A stretch of DNA of 42,616 nucleotides from a virus (IMGVR_UViG_3300039098_000013:1-42616); one strand, 5' to 3'; counted from the stretch's first letter, positions 23,360 through 32,344 are shown. A program made the numbers and translations. Notes: generated from the letters alone by a model not told the origin.

Positions 23360-23977
23360 TTATTTATTGCGGTAATTCTTGAATGTCACGTAGTTGTAAA
23401 TAGCCTCTGCATCACTTGGTGATTTGTCATTTTTCATAAAATCAGCTATTTCGTGTAACTCACACTCACGCGCCTTGGCTGCTAATTCTTCTTTATTTAA
23501 TAACTTGCTGAAATCAGCCTTATCAGTACGGCTAACTACTACATCAGCGCCGTGAACACATACGTCAGGTGTATCTATTGCGAACACGAATGACTCAGCC
23601 TTATACATAAGTACAACACCTGTTCGATCATCTACAGAGCCAAATCCCCACATGCTATTATGAGGAGTGACTACGCATCGATAACCAACTGGTGGCAATC
23701 CTTCACCATCCCACTCTACCGATGTATCTAGCTGTGCTTGTATATCATCCATTGTCATCTCTGTGTAATCATCGTCTTCAAGGTTACTGATTAATGAGTG
23801 CGCTAGCTCAAGACCGTCACCGTAATCACCAACAAGAACAATATTATACTTCTTAACCTCGCACTCTTCACCGCCGGGATTCCACCCGATTCCCAGCTGA
23901 AATGCCAGCTGAAATGCCAGCTTCTGAAGCTCAATTGTAGCCTTACCTTTTGCAAATTTATTTAATAGATTAATCAT
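23360..23977 (-). CDS. Hypothetical protein with an internal 12-bp tandem duplication (LAFQLAFQL)
   Basis: 205-aa ORF. I recognised no family. Confidence 0.55.
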   Translation of the reverse strand: MINLLNKFAKGKATIELQKLAFQLAFQLGIGWNPGGEECEVKKYNIVLVGDYGDGLELAHSLISNLEDDDYTEMTMDDIQAQLDTSVEWDGEGLPPVGYRCVVTPHNSMWGFGSVDDRTGVVLMYKAESFVFAIDTPDVCVHGADVVVSRTDKADFSKLLNKEELAAKARECELHEIADFMKNDKSPSDAEAIYNYVTFKNYRNK

Positions 23978-24135
23978 TACTTCTCATCCTTATTTAATTC
24001 GTCGGCTTTCTCTTGTGCTTCTGCCGCGTAGTAGAATGGCCCTACATAGTTAATCTCTGCATCATCATCATCGTTATATGCCCACCACATATCCTGATGG
24101 TGTTTCTCGCTATACATCAAGTGCCTTTCCCACAT
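23977..24135 (-). CDS. Hypothetical acidic 52-aa protein, first gene of the leftward island operon
   Basis: My translation is MWERHLMYSEKHHQDMWWAYNDDDDAEINYVGPFYYAAEAQEKADELNKDEK. Confidence 0.35.
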   Translation of the reverse strand: MWERHLMYSEKHHQDMWWAYNDDDDAEINYVGPFYYAAEAQEKADELNKDEK

Positions 24136-24149
24136 ATCCACTATCCAAT

Positions 24150-24184
24150 AAAAAACCCATGAGCTAATTATCTAGCTTCATGGG
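24150..24184 (-). terminator. Strong hairpin plus U6 in minus orientation, in the divergent intergenic region
   Basis: Minus strand reads CCCATGAAGCTAgataatTAGCTCATGGG followed by TTTTTT. It would stop antisense read-through coming across the inverted plus block. Confidence 0.55.
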
Positions 24185-24295
24185 TTAATTTGATAATCGT
24201 TTGTACCTATCAATCATCTAGATTGAGAAGATTTAAACGATTGGAGTCTATTCCATTTCAGGCATAGCATTAACTCAACAAACGAGGAGATAGTG

Positions 24296-24607
24296 ATGAA
24301 AAATAACAACGGTTACACACCAGCATATCCATTAACTAATGAGCAGATTGACCACTGTGAGCGTGGTGGTGATTATTCAGGAATGACTAAGCGGGAGATG
24401 TTTGCAATGAATGCCCCTGAGATGCCACAGTGGTTTGAGCGTCAATGGTCACAGCTTAATTATGATAATAAAGATTACTTCAATAACTTTCATGATGAGT
24501 TTGCACCTATATGCCCAACAACAACCAGTGAAATACTTCCAGCTGGTAGCGCTGCCCTAATGAAGGCGTGGCGATTCGGTTACGCTGACTTAATGCTGGA
24601 GGATTAA
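24296..24607 (+). CDS. Hypothetical protein
   Basis: RBS gaggagatagtgATG; 103 aa. Confidence 0.55.
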   Translation: MKNNNGYTPAYPLTNEQIDHCERGGDYSGMTKREMFAMNAPEMPQWFERQWSQLNYDNKDYFNNFHDEFAPICPTTTSEILPAGSAALMKAWRFGYADLMLED

Positions 24608-24610
24608 TAA

Positions 24611-24715
24611 ATGAACATTCAGCAACGATTCGCAAAACTAGAAAAACAACGCAACCCTAAGTGGTATGTAAATCGACACATTGCACATTTGATGAATAAA
24701 TTTAAGCGAGGTTAG
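24611..24715 (+). CDS. Hypothetical basic 34-aa peptide
   Basis: MNIQQRFAKLEKQRNPKWYVNRHIAHLMNKFKRG, packed 3 nt after the previous stop. Confidence 0.3.
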   Translation: MNIQQRFAKLEKQRNPKWYVNRHIAHLMNKFKRG

Positions 24716-24716
24716 T

Positions 24717-24830
24717 ATGTTTATCACAGAAGAAATGAGCGGGTTCTTCCACAGTATGGTTTACATGACAATCTTTGGCGCGGTTGTTTGGGGATTTAAT
24801 CACCTTTGTATGATGGGAGTGTTTGCATGA
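24717..24830 (+). CDS. Hypothetical 37-aa membrane peptide
   Basis: MFITEEMSGFFHSMVYMTIFGAVVWGFNHLCMMGVFA has one hydrophobic helix. It overlaps the next start (ATGA). Confidence 0.3.
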   Translation: MFITEEMSGFFHSMVYMTIFGAVVWGFNHLCMMGVFA

Positions 24831-25132
24831 AGATGAGTGATGTATTTGAAGGCAAGGTTATATCTCATGATGGTATGCACCTGCTAAACGGGTCTAGAGA
24901 GATTAGGCTAGAGTATTCAGATGGATGTAAGCTGGCTGACTTTGGTAACAAAAAACAATCAGACCATGCAGCTGTCGCAATTAACAACCATGACGCATTA
25001 GTTGATGCGCTTGAGTTCTGCGTCAGTGAGATGAAGAATTACGACTTTATGTGTGATGAAACAAAATGTGACGCTGTAATTAAGCTTGGTGATATAGAAA
25101 AGTTATTAGCCAAAGCAAAAGGTGAATCATAA
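24827..25132 (+). CDS. Hypothetical protein
   Basis: 101 aa starting at ATG 24827 (MKMSDVFEGK...). The track uses an upstream TTG. Confidence 0.5.
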   Translation: MKMSDVFEGKVISHDGMHLLNGSREIRLEYSDGCKLADFGNKKQSDHAAVAINNHDALVDALEFCVSEMKNYDFMCDETKCDAVIKLGDIEKLLAKAKGES

Positions 25133-25278
25133 TGGGCGCTAAACACAGAGGTAAGGTGCAAGACAAAGAGCGCGCTAAACTTATATCTAAACGTGAGCAG
25201 ACTCGTCGGTTTAACGAGAAGTCAGATGAGTTTGTTAAGTTAGTTATGGGGATGTCTAGTTATGCGCAATGCAGCTAA
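25132..25278 (+). CDS. Hypothetical basic 48-aa protein
   Basis: TAATG overlap with the previous gene; MGAKHRGKVQDKERAKLISKREQTRRFNEK... Confidence 0.35.
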   Translation: MGAKHRGKVQDKERAKLISKREQTRRFNEKSDEFVKLVMGMSSYAQCS

Positions 25279-25411
25279 TGATTTATTTGATTTGTTTACG
25301 CTAGTGGTTGTTGTTGGTGCGGTTGTGGCTATCGTCTACGCCGCCAATAATGCTGAGTTTAGTAATTACTTGACGGAGATTAAACATGCGATTTCTGATT
25401 ACTTTCTTTAA
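25262..25411 (+). CDS. Hypothetical 49-aa membrane peptide
   Basis: MRNAANDLFDLFTLVVVVGAVVAIVYAANNAEF... has one TM helix. Confidence 0.3.
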   Translation: MRNAANDLFDLFTLVVVVGAVVAIVYAANNAEFSNYLTEIKHAISDYFL

Positions 25412-25444
25412 TATTTTAGTTATGACGATTGTGGGGTTAGTGTC

Positions 25445-25645
25445 GTGAAGAATAATAAGCAAGTTAAGCAGATGATATGTAATGCGGTACATAATCACTT
25501 TAATGGTCAGTGCGGGTCAATATGGTGGGAGCACGGCGGAGTTATTGTCGATGGTGCTTACGATGAAGAGTCTGCATTTATGATAGACCAAGGTGTTGTA
25601 TCTATCGACGGTAACGGTGACTTAATCGCAACGAGTAAGGGTTAA
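25445..25645 (+). CDS. Hypothetical protein (GTG start)
   Basis: 66-aa ORF-track entry. The start codon is uncertain. Confidence 0.4.
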   Translation: MKNNKQVKQMICNAVHNHFNGQCGSIWWEHGGVIVDGAYDEESAFMIDQGVVSIDGNGDLIATSKG

Positions 25646-25647
25646 TT

Positions 25648-25770
25648 ATGAATAACGGTGATGAGTTTCTACAAATACCAGTAGTGGTAATAGGTGCAGC
25701 CTTAGCAGTGTTAACAGGGTTGTTTGTAGCTATGGCGGTTTGTGGTGATAGTGGGGTTAGTGATGAGTGA
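25648..25770 (+). CDS. Hypothetical 40-aa membrane peptide
   Basis: MNNGDEFLQIPVVVIGAALAVLTGLFVAMAVCGDSGVSDE has one TM helix. Confidence 0.3.
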   Translation: MNNGDEFLQIPVVVIGAALAVLTGLFVAMAVCGDSGVSDE

Positions 25771-25951
25771 AATTAAGCATGCAGTAAAGCGCGGTGCAGT
25801 AATGGCATCGCTAGAAGCACCAAGCCATAGGTTAACTAGATTCGTATATAAAATAACAAACAACCCATACAGCCATTCAAAGTTATTACATGTAGCTTGG
25901 CATAATTCATTTTACGATGAATGCAAAAGAATAGGGCGAGGTATTAGATAA
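25763..25951 (+). CDS. Hypothetical protein
   Basis: ATG at 25763 (MSEIKHAVKRG...) overlaps the previous stop; 62 aa. Confidence 0.45.
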   Translation: MSEIKHAVKRGAVMASLEAPSHRLTRFVYKITNNPYSHSKLLHVAWHNSFYDECKRIGRGIR

Positions 25952-25956
25952 CAATT

Positions 25957-26205
25957 ATGCTTGATGTTCACAACCTAAAGATAATGCCAGAGTATTTTAA
26001 TAGAGTGCTAGACGGTAGTAAGAAGTTTGAAATAAGAAAGAATGACCGAGACTTTAAGAAAGGTGATACTGTAATTCTTAATGAATTCAATGATGGTAAA
26101 TTTACTGTAAGGTCGATACTTGCAAATATTGGATACGTTTGTGATTACATGCAGAATGATGGCCACGTAGTATTCTCACTAATCGAGCCTGAAATTGAAC
26201 AATAA
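25957..26205 (+). CDS. ASCH-fold protein (DUF3850 family)
   Basis: HNLKIMPEYFNRVLDGSKKFEIRKNDRDFKKGDTVILNEF matches the DUF3850/ASCH signature. Confidence 0.8.
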   Translation: MLDVHNLKIMPEYFNRVLDGSKKFEIRKNDRDFKKGDTVILNEFNDGKFTVRSILANIGYVCDYMQNDGHVVFSLIEPEIEQ

Positions 26206-26209
26206 AACT

Positions 26210-26229
26210 AGCCCCTAATTAAAGGGGCT
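26210..26229. terminator. Hairpin terminator at the convergent junction
   Basis: agcccct-aattaa-aggggct, with T-rich flanks on the minus side (agttttattg). Confidence 0.55.
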
Positions 26230-26248
26230 ATTTGTTATAATGTAACAG

Positions 26249-26425
26249 TTATTTAGCTCTACCTTTTCGGCTGATTGCATTGCACTCTTCTAGAGTCGCA
26301 TTTTTAATCGCTTCAACAGGCTTTAGTGTCAGCTTTAATTTATCGATATCAGACTGAAGTGATTTAATTTTGCTAAACACTTCGTTGTTATGCTCTTTGT
26401 TTGACTTAACTTTCTTATCTACCAT
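26249..26425 (-). CDS. Hypothetical 58-aa coiled-coil protein following the capsid gene
   Basis: gaggtagtgATG gives MVDKKVKSNKEHNNEVFSKIKSLQSDIDKLKLTLKPVEAIKNATLEECNAISRKGRAK. Confidence 0.4.
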   Translation of the reverse strand: MVDKKVKSNKEHNNEVFSKIKSLQSDIDKLKLTLKPVEAIKNATLEECNAISRKGRAK

Positions 26426-26468
26426 CACTACCTCAATCTGTAGAGGGGCTATTAACCCCTTATATTAA

Positions 26469-27476
26469 TTAGCCATTGGTCTGAATAAACGCCATCGGTA
26501 CGTTCTTACGCTCCCAAACTCGCGTCCAGTTAGCGTCATCAGCAAGCTCTGCAAGAGTAGCTGATTGACCTGCGACACTAGCGCCAGTAAAGCTAAATCC
26601 TAGAGGGTGAATAATATCAGCTCGGCGAGAGTAGATAGTATTCTGACCGCCACCATTACCAGCGGCTGGAGTGCGATCCATTTCAGACGGCGTTTCTGTT
26701 CGGCCTTCACCGTTAATCCACGCGCCAGTACCAAACAACACAGATGTGTATGTGATGCGGTTAGTGCCAGCAATTGCAGGCAACGAATCATCTAGAACTA
26801 CGCGCATGTTATTGTAGACCTGGAATAAAGTGTTGTTATCTGCGTCACGGATATCAACGATTAACTGTTGTTTCTCAAGCTCAGCATGCACAACCGAGTG
26901 CATTGCGATTGCAGCAAAGCCGCCCTTGTGATCACCAGCAGTTTGACGCGCATCGATAATTACTTCTGCGCTAATTTTCTCAGCAGCGAGAACAGGCAAT
27001 ACCGCATCGGTGGCGACACTAACGACCATATCAGAAGCGTTGTTTGCAACGTTATCAGCAAGCACACCAAGAGATGAACTAATCAATCGACGTTCATTAA
27101 TGGTCGCCCAGTACGCACCTTGACGACCAGTAATCGCACCTACTGGATCAATTAATGAAAGCTCAATCGCTAAATCCATAGTTGACCACGATTGGTTCTG
27201 TGATGCTAAGCGCCAATCCATTTTTGCAGATGTAACTTTATTAGGGGTTGAAACGTTGGTTGGTACATCATCAGAATAATTAGGCTCTTGAGTGCCTAGT
27301 GGTTTGAAGAATGGTAATTCTCCTTTGTTGCCGCCAACGCTAGCCTGTTGTGAGACTCGCGGGTCTGTAACCATAATACCAGACGCAAGGAATGCATTAA
27401 GCTCAACCTGGGCTTCTTGCTCGCGGCGTGCAAAGGTAAGCGGGTTATAAATATCTGCTAACTGAACTACAGCCAT
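26469..27476 (-). CDS. Major capsid protein
   Basis: 335 aa, directly after the scaffold-like gene, with strong RBS (aaggagccttaaaATG). Called mainly by position and size. Confidence 0.75.
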   Translation of the reverse strand: MAVVQLADIYNPLTFARREQEAQVELNAFLASGIMVTDPRVSQQASVGGNKGELPFFKPLGTQEPNYSDDVPTNVSTPNKVTSAKMDWRLASQNQSWSTMDLAIELSLIDPVGAITGRQGAYWATINERRLISSSLGVLADNVANNASDMVVSVATDAVLPVLAAEKISAEVIIDARQTAGDHKGGFAAIAMHSVVHAELEKQQLIVDIRDADNNTLFQVYNNMRVVLDDSLPAIAGTNRITYTSVLFGTGAWINGEGRTETPSEMDRTPAAGNGGGQNTIYSRRADIIHPLGFSFTGASVAGQSATLAELADDANWTRVWERKNVPMAFIQTNG

Positions 27477-27487
27477 TTTAAGGCTCC

Positions 27488-28126
27488 TTATTTAATCATT
27501 TGTTTATAAAGTTCTGGATGCTCATTGGCAAACTTTGCCTCTTGAGTCGCAGTCATATCTTTCAGGCTAACAGCTCCGCCACTGCCTTTGTTTCCGGTAG
27601 CCCCGCCACCAATTGAACCACCAACCTTGATGTTATCTGCATAACGTGAGTTAGCGGTAAATTCCTTGTTTAAGTCCTCGACAGTTAAAGCTGTTAGATT
27701 GCCCTCTGGGTCTAAAACAACTGCTCGACCGTCGCGAATGTCAATTCGTGCTTGGTACTCGTTACTCATTGCATCAAGTGCAAGCTGTGAACCAGTACCG
27801 TATTTAGTTAAAAAGTCACTAGCTAACTGACTCTTCTTTGCTGTTAGGTTTGCGCCATTCAAGCCATCGATAATGGCTTGTAAGCTCATAACCTTTTCAT
27901 CGTATGAATTAGTAACGCTTTCAATGTCACCCTTTGCCTTTGCTGCCGCTAAAGCTTCAGTGCCGGCCTTCGCTACGGCTTCATCTTTAATACGTTGAGC
28001 TTCTTTCTTTTCGTTCAGCAAGTCATGGTTATTTTGCTTTAACCCGACAATGCTTTCATCAAACGTGGTTTGTAATTCCGCTTTCTGTGCGTCAAGTAAC
28101 GCTTGAATCTCAGGTGTAATTTCCAC
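27488..28126 (-). CDS. Scaffolding protein
   Basis: 212 aa, helical/charged and Ala-rich, immediately upstream of the capsid gene. Confidence 0.6.
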   Translation of the reverse strand: MEITPEIQALLDAQKAELQTTFDESIVGLKQNNHDLLNEKKEAQRIKDEAVAKAGTEALAAAKAKGDIESVTNSYDEKVMSLQAIIDGLNGANLTAKKSQLASDFLTKYGTGSQLALDAMSNEYQARIDIRDGRAVVLDPEGNLTALTVEDLNKEFTANSRYADNIKVGGSIGGGATGNKGSGGAVSLKDMTATQEAKFANEHPELYKQMIK

Positions 28127-28177
28127 ATAGCCCCCTAGGCTTCGTCCGATTTAGTTAGCGACTCTGTCACTTAGCGT

Positions 28178-28207
28178 ATTTTACCACTGTATGGCGCAAT
28201 GTGCCAA
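28178..28207 (-). promoter_or_regulatory. Sigma70-like promoter TTGGCA-18-TAAAAT ahead of the scaffold and capsid genes
   Basis: Minus strand reads TTGGCAcattgcgccatacagtggTAAAAT in the 80-nt gap after the Mu-F-like gene. Confidence 0.45.
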
Positions 28208-29257
28208 CTAGCTGATATATTCAGCTATACGCTTATCTTTCTTTGCCATTTCATCAATAGTTAATGGCTGTCCTAGTCTATCTCTCGAAGCGGCCCTAAA
28301 CTCTTCAGGTGTTAAGCCTGCATTGCGGAATATCTTACCTCGCTCTGGTCCTAAAGCCTCATCCTGAAATGATGCCGGTTGCGATTTAATCCAAGAGTAA
28401 TACGTTTGATCACCTTGTACTTGCTTGCCGCCTTCAGCACCTTTACTCGCACGAGTTGAGCCTTCATCTAGAAAATCAAACTTATCATTAAGCAATGGAG
28501 CCGTTGTTGTTCTGCAATTTGGGTGAAATGGTGGCATAGGCTTGAACGTGTCGCTATTCATTACCTCTGTTCCATCCCAACCTTTACACTCGTTACTAGT
28601 GCGATCGTCTAGCGTTGCAACAATTACATAGCCAATAACAATGTCATTGTTTTCTTTATACGTTTGATTTTTCGCCTGTGTTGCCATGTGATTAGTGGCT
28701 GTGATTGCTAGCGTCCTTGCGTTACGTTGCGTTGTATTTAACTGCCCGAGTAAGTTAGCCGTTATCTGGTTGGTTGTTTGGCCCTGATAAAAGCCACCAG
28801 AAATAATGCCTGTAGCGCGCTTAACTTCGGTAGGTGTAAAGTTTTTAAGCATCGTATCGTAGTTCACAGCCCCACCGCTAGCGCCTATCACTAATGGGTT
28901 ATTACTTGCCGCTGAAACAACTTGCGCAGTTGACGGCACGTCAGTTTCAAGCTTTACCGTAGTGCTCAACAACTCAGACTGAAAACCAGCCTCATAACCT
29001 GCAAGTGTATCTAGGTCAGAATTAAGCATCTTTGAATATTTATTCAGGTCTTTTGTGTATCGCTTATTAACATCAGCAAGAAGGGCATTTAGCGCCTTCT
29101 TGGTTTCAATCGTAGTGCCTTGCGCGTTAAGTTTCTTCCTGACCCATCGCCCGAAATCCTCGAGTATTGGATTTACTTGATTCGCACTACCTACGGCTAA
29201 TCTATTCAGGTAGATTTGATGCTGCGTCTCCGCTGAGTTCAGTTGCTCGTTCTGCAT
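28208..29257 (-). CDS. Minor head protein, Mu gpF / SPP1 gp7-like
   Basis: LDDRTSNECKGWDG...PPFHPNCRTTT is the Phage_Mu_F signature. The gene follows portal. Confidence 0.75.
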   Translation of the reverse strand: MQNEQLNSAETQHQIYLNRLAVGSANQVNPILEDFGRWVRKKLNAQGTTIETKKALNALLADVNKRYTKDLNKYSKMLNSDLDTLAGYEAGFQSELLSTTVKLETDVPSTAQVVSAASNNPLVIGASGGAVNYDTMLKNFTPTEVKRATGIISGGFYQGQTTNQITANLLGQLNTTQRNARTLAITATNHMATQAKNQTYKENNDIVIGYVIVATLDDRTSNECKGWDGTEVMNSDTFKPMPPFHPNCRTTTAPLLNDKFDFLDEGSTRASKGAEGGKQVQGDQTYYSWIKSQPASFQDEALGPERGKIFRNAGLTPEEFRAASRDRLGQPLTIDEMAKKDKRIAEYIS

Positions 29258-30710
29258 TCGCCACCTCCGCTACAGGTTCAGCAAAGTTTAACCCAGTACC
29301 GCCAGTTTCAATCTCAGCCCTGAAATCTTCCTCGGTAGTATCGTGAGGTATGATTCCAGCCTTCTTGTACGCATTGAACAGCGTTGAGAATGGGATAACT
29401 GATTGCATGTACTCAGCCATATATTGCGCACGGTCTTGAGCTGTTAGCGCCTCAGTGAAGAACTGGTTATTTAAGTCTAATGTAAATTCATTATCTTCAA
29501 CGCCGGTCATCATCCAGATAGCCTCATTAACAGCCTCTCGCATCATTGATTGGCAGTTGTTGATTACATCGCCTAACAATGCAGTGTCTTGACCAGCAGA
29601 TATACGGGCCTCCTCTGCTGTACGTTGAACCGTTGGGTTAGATAACTTAGCGCCCATCTGAATCATGTCATCAAGGTCTGACTTTAAAGCCTCGGTTAAT
29701 GGACCACCAGCTTGCACTTGAAGTAATTGAGCTGATCCAGTTTGCCCCAGGTAAGTACCGTTACCACCACCAACAGTAATTGCAGCCTTGCCTAAATCCT
29801 GATTGTCGCCAGTTATAAACAATGTACCCGTTGCGTATAGCTTGTTATTCAATCGCCAATCAGCATCAGAGTTATAATGACCTATGTTTCGGTCTGCAAT
29901 CTTATAGAATGGCGGGTTATCAGCCGTTGAATCGTTATTACGCGACCCGCTAAAGTAGAATGCAATATGGTCTAACTGCTTGCCACTGTAATCTTTGATT
30001 GGCACAGGCTCGCCGATTAACTCAGTACCTTCAGCGTCACCATAAACGCGCTGCTCGTAACCTTCTTCAGTGAGAATTAGGAATCGGTAACGGGTTTCGC
30101 ATTCAGTTTGGTATGTATCTGGATCGCGAACGTTAACTTCTTCGCGCAACTTAACCAGTGATAGCTTTTTGACGCCATCAACAACAGACACTCCCCAATC
30201 AACAATTGATTCAGGAGTGTAAGGCTTAATGTAAACCTGACCTCGACCGTCGTTAATATCGCGCTTAGTCTTATCTCTTGGCAGCCCGTTATCATCTAGC
30301 AGCTGCTCAGGAGGCTCAACCAGTACACCGAATCGACCCATTGACATAGTGTCAGCAACATCATCTTTGAGCAGGTCTTGCAGGCTGTTACCCTCACCGT
30401 CTGCATTGGTATTTAGGTAATCAACCGAATCAGGCAATTCGATAGTTGGAGGAATACGCCATGCAGCACCCATCATCATTTCCAATGTTGAGCCGGTAAC
30501 ATTCATGAATCGACCTAGCTGTTTTAATGCTGCGTAAGTTTCATCAGCCATGCCAGGCGTTCTAATCAGATATTGTTGCCGCGGCATTTGGTCTAAGCAA
30601 GTTGAAATATCACCGGATACCACATCATCGTTAATACAGTCACGAATGGTCTGATATCTAGGTGACAGCTTGATGTACTGTGCGTGAAATGCACTGCTGT
30701 ATGAAGCCAT
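29202..30710 (-). CDS. Portal protein
   Basis: 502 aa, directly downstream of TerL and upstream of the Mu-F-like gene. Confidence 0.75.
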   Translation of the reverse strand: MASYSSAFHAQYIKLSPRYQTIRDCINDDVVSGDISTCLDQMPRQQYLIRTPGMADETYAALKQLGRFMNVTGSTLEMMMGAAWRIPPTIELPDSVDYLNTNADGEGNSLQDLLKDDVADTMSMGRFGVLVEPPEQLLDDNGLPRDKTKRDINDGRGQVYIKPYTPESIVDWGVSVVDGVKKLSLVKLREEVNVRDPDTYQTECETRYRFLILTEEGYEQRVYGDAEGTELIGEPVPIKDYSGKQLDHIAFYFSGSRNNDSTADNPPFYKIADRNIGHYNSDADWRLNNKLYATGTLFITGDNQDLGKAAITVGGGNGTYLGQTGSAQLLQVQAGGPLTEALKSDLDDMIQMGAKLSNPTVQRTAEEARISAGQDTALLGDVINNCQSMMREAVNEAIWMMTGVEDNEFTLDLNNQFFTEALTAQDRAQYMAEYMQSVIPFSTLFNAYKKAGIIPHDTTEEDFRAEIETGGTGLNFAEPVAEVANAERATELSGDAASNLPE

Positions 30711-30733
30711 GTTAACCCCTTATTTTTTGGATA

Positions 30734-32344
30734 TTATACACCAAGACCAAACGAAATACCTTTAATGGCTTTTCGCTTACTTTCTGCCACGGCTAGGTAT
30801 CTAAACCCATCAGCACCGTGTGAAGCCCAATCATGAAGCGGCCTGTCTCTCCAGCACCCTAGCTTATCATTCCACTCTTTACGGTAATGCTCTAGGCACT
30901 TAATGCCATCCTCGCAATTAACCTCATCAAATACGCAGTTAGGTAAAATGTCACGCGCTGCTTGTATTCCGTCGTCAATGCCAAGCTTTGGTACTATTTC
31001 AAACTTCATACTGTACGTCTTATTACCGTACTCGATGCCTTCTTGCGCCATCTCTTTACGGGTTTTGCCCTTACTGGCAAACTCTCTGTTATTCATGTCG
31101 TGAGGGCCGTAATGCGTACCAACGATCCAATCATTCTGCTCGAACTTATCTTCAATATATTTCATGTAATACCCAAGCGGCTCACCTGAGTTCTCATGAT
31201 AATGCAAAATATGATACTCACTACCAACGACTCGATAGAACCATACTGCTGTTGAGTCGCCGATGCCGATATCACACACAGTATTTACGTTGTTGCTATT
31301 TGGATACACAGCTTCAATATTATTTACTATGCGCTCATCTTTGTAGATAGCGGCAAACTGCTTCGCATAGTAAGCACCCTCAATAGCTTGTTCGAATGCC
31401 TCGTCGGGTGTTGACGGATATTCTCGCTTCATATCCTCACCTTGATCTGATTCAATCAAGGTATACCACTTCATTTGCTCTAGCGTTAAATCGATGCCGT
31501 GTTTATTTTTAAGCTTTGCAAAGTAAACCTGTAATCTCTCAGGTATATCTACATCCTCATTAATAAAGTATTCGGGGTCCATCCACCAGCTAAAGAAGTG
31601 AAACTTGAATTGCAATGATGCTGGCTCTTTACTTTGGTCTTTTAACTTCTTAGCAGTCGCACAGTAATCATAAAAGTAGCCATGCTTACCCTCTGCTGTT
31701 GATTCAATTGTCTTAGTGCAGTTCTTACCAACTGAGTTAAACGCACCAGTTACAATCTCTTTTGCCTTGTCTGGATACTTCTTACATATCTTACCGAACT
31801 CTGAGATGTGGAGGCTTTGCAGTGTGCCGCCACGATAACCAGTTGACACGCCAATTGATGAGCCATTACTGAATACATAGCCATTGTCTTTGTCATTTAT
31901 CGGTGTTGGGAATTTGTAACCTATCCTAGCAAGCATCTGAATAATTGAAGGCTTCACATTGTTATATGCGAATCTAATCTTGTTACGGTATATATCCTTT
32001 GAATCTTTCTCATTATGAGCAATGCAACCGCACGAAGTGTTTTTTCTAAACAGGCAAGTATCTAGATCGTGAATCATCTTGAATGTAGTAAATCCAAGCT
32101 GCCTAGCCTTTAGGATAATGTCATTTTGGTGTGAGTTTTTGTAATACTCTATCTGAGCTACGTTTGGCGAGAATCTTACTTTATTACCGTCCTTATCCTT
32201 AATGAAGTAAAACGCACAAAGGCGAAAGAACTTAAGTCTAATCGCCTTCTTGAATTCACTTTCAGTCAAATCTCTATTGTTAAACTTGTATACGTAATAG
32301 AGTGACTTTTCTACCTCATCACTCTTCATCACTAGCTGCATCAC
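30734..32344 (-). CDS. terL: Terminase large subunit
   Basis: 536 aa. ILKARQLGFTTF is a Walker-A-like motif of headful-type terminases. The C-terminal nuclease part contains DIGIGDSTAVWF. Confidence 0.85.
   Translation of the reverse strand: MMQLVMKSDEVEKSLYYVYKFNNRDLTESEFKKAIRLKFFRLCAFYFIKDKDGNKVRFSPNVAQIEYYKNSHQNDIILKARQLGFTTFKMIHDLDTCLFRKNTSCGCIAHNEKDSKDIYRNKIRFAYNNVKPSIIQMLARIGYKFPTPINDKDNGYVFSNGSSIGVSTGYRGGTLQSLHISEFGKICKKYPDKAKEIVTGAFNSVGKNCTKTIESTAEGKHGYFYDYCATAKKLKDQSKEPASLQFKFHFFSWWMDPEYFINEDVDIPERLQVYFAKLKNKHGIDLTLEQMKWYTLIESDQGEDMKREYPSTPDEAFEQAIEGAYYAKQFAAIYKDERIVNNIEAVYPNSNNVNTVCDIGIGDSTAVWFYRVVGSEYHILHYHENSGEPLGYYMKYIEDKFEQNDWIVGTHYGPHDMNNREFASKGKTRKEMAQEGIEYGNKTYSMKFEIVPKLGIDDGIQAARDILPNCVFDEVNCEDGIKCLEHYRKEWNDKLGCWRDRPLHDWASHGADGFRYLAVAESKRKAIKGISFGLGV

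Noticed and set aside
26600-27077. Short ORFs on both strands inside the capsid gene (26600..26791, 26607..26795, 26774..26959, 26868..27077).
   Set aside because: They are embedded in the major capsid ORF and are alternative-frame noise.
30903-31350. Plus-strand ORFs inside terL, and the minus-strand ORF 30077..30295 inside portal.
   Set aside because: They are shadow frames of long, well-supported structural genes.
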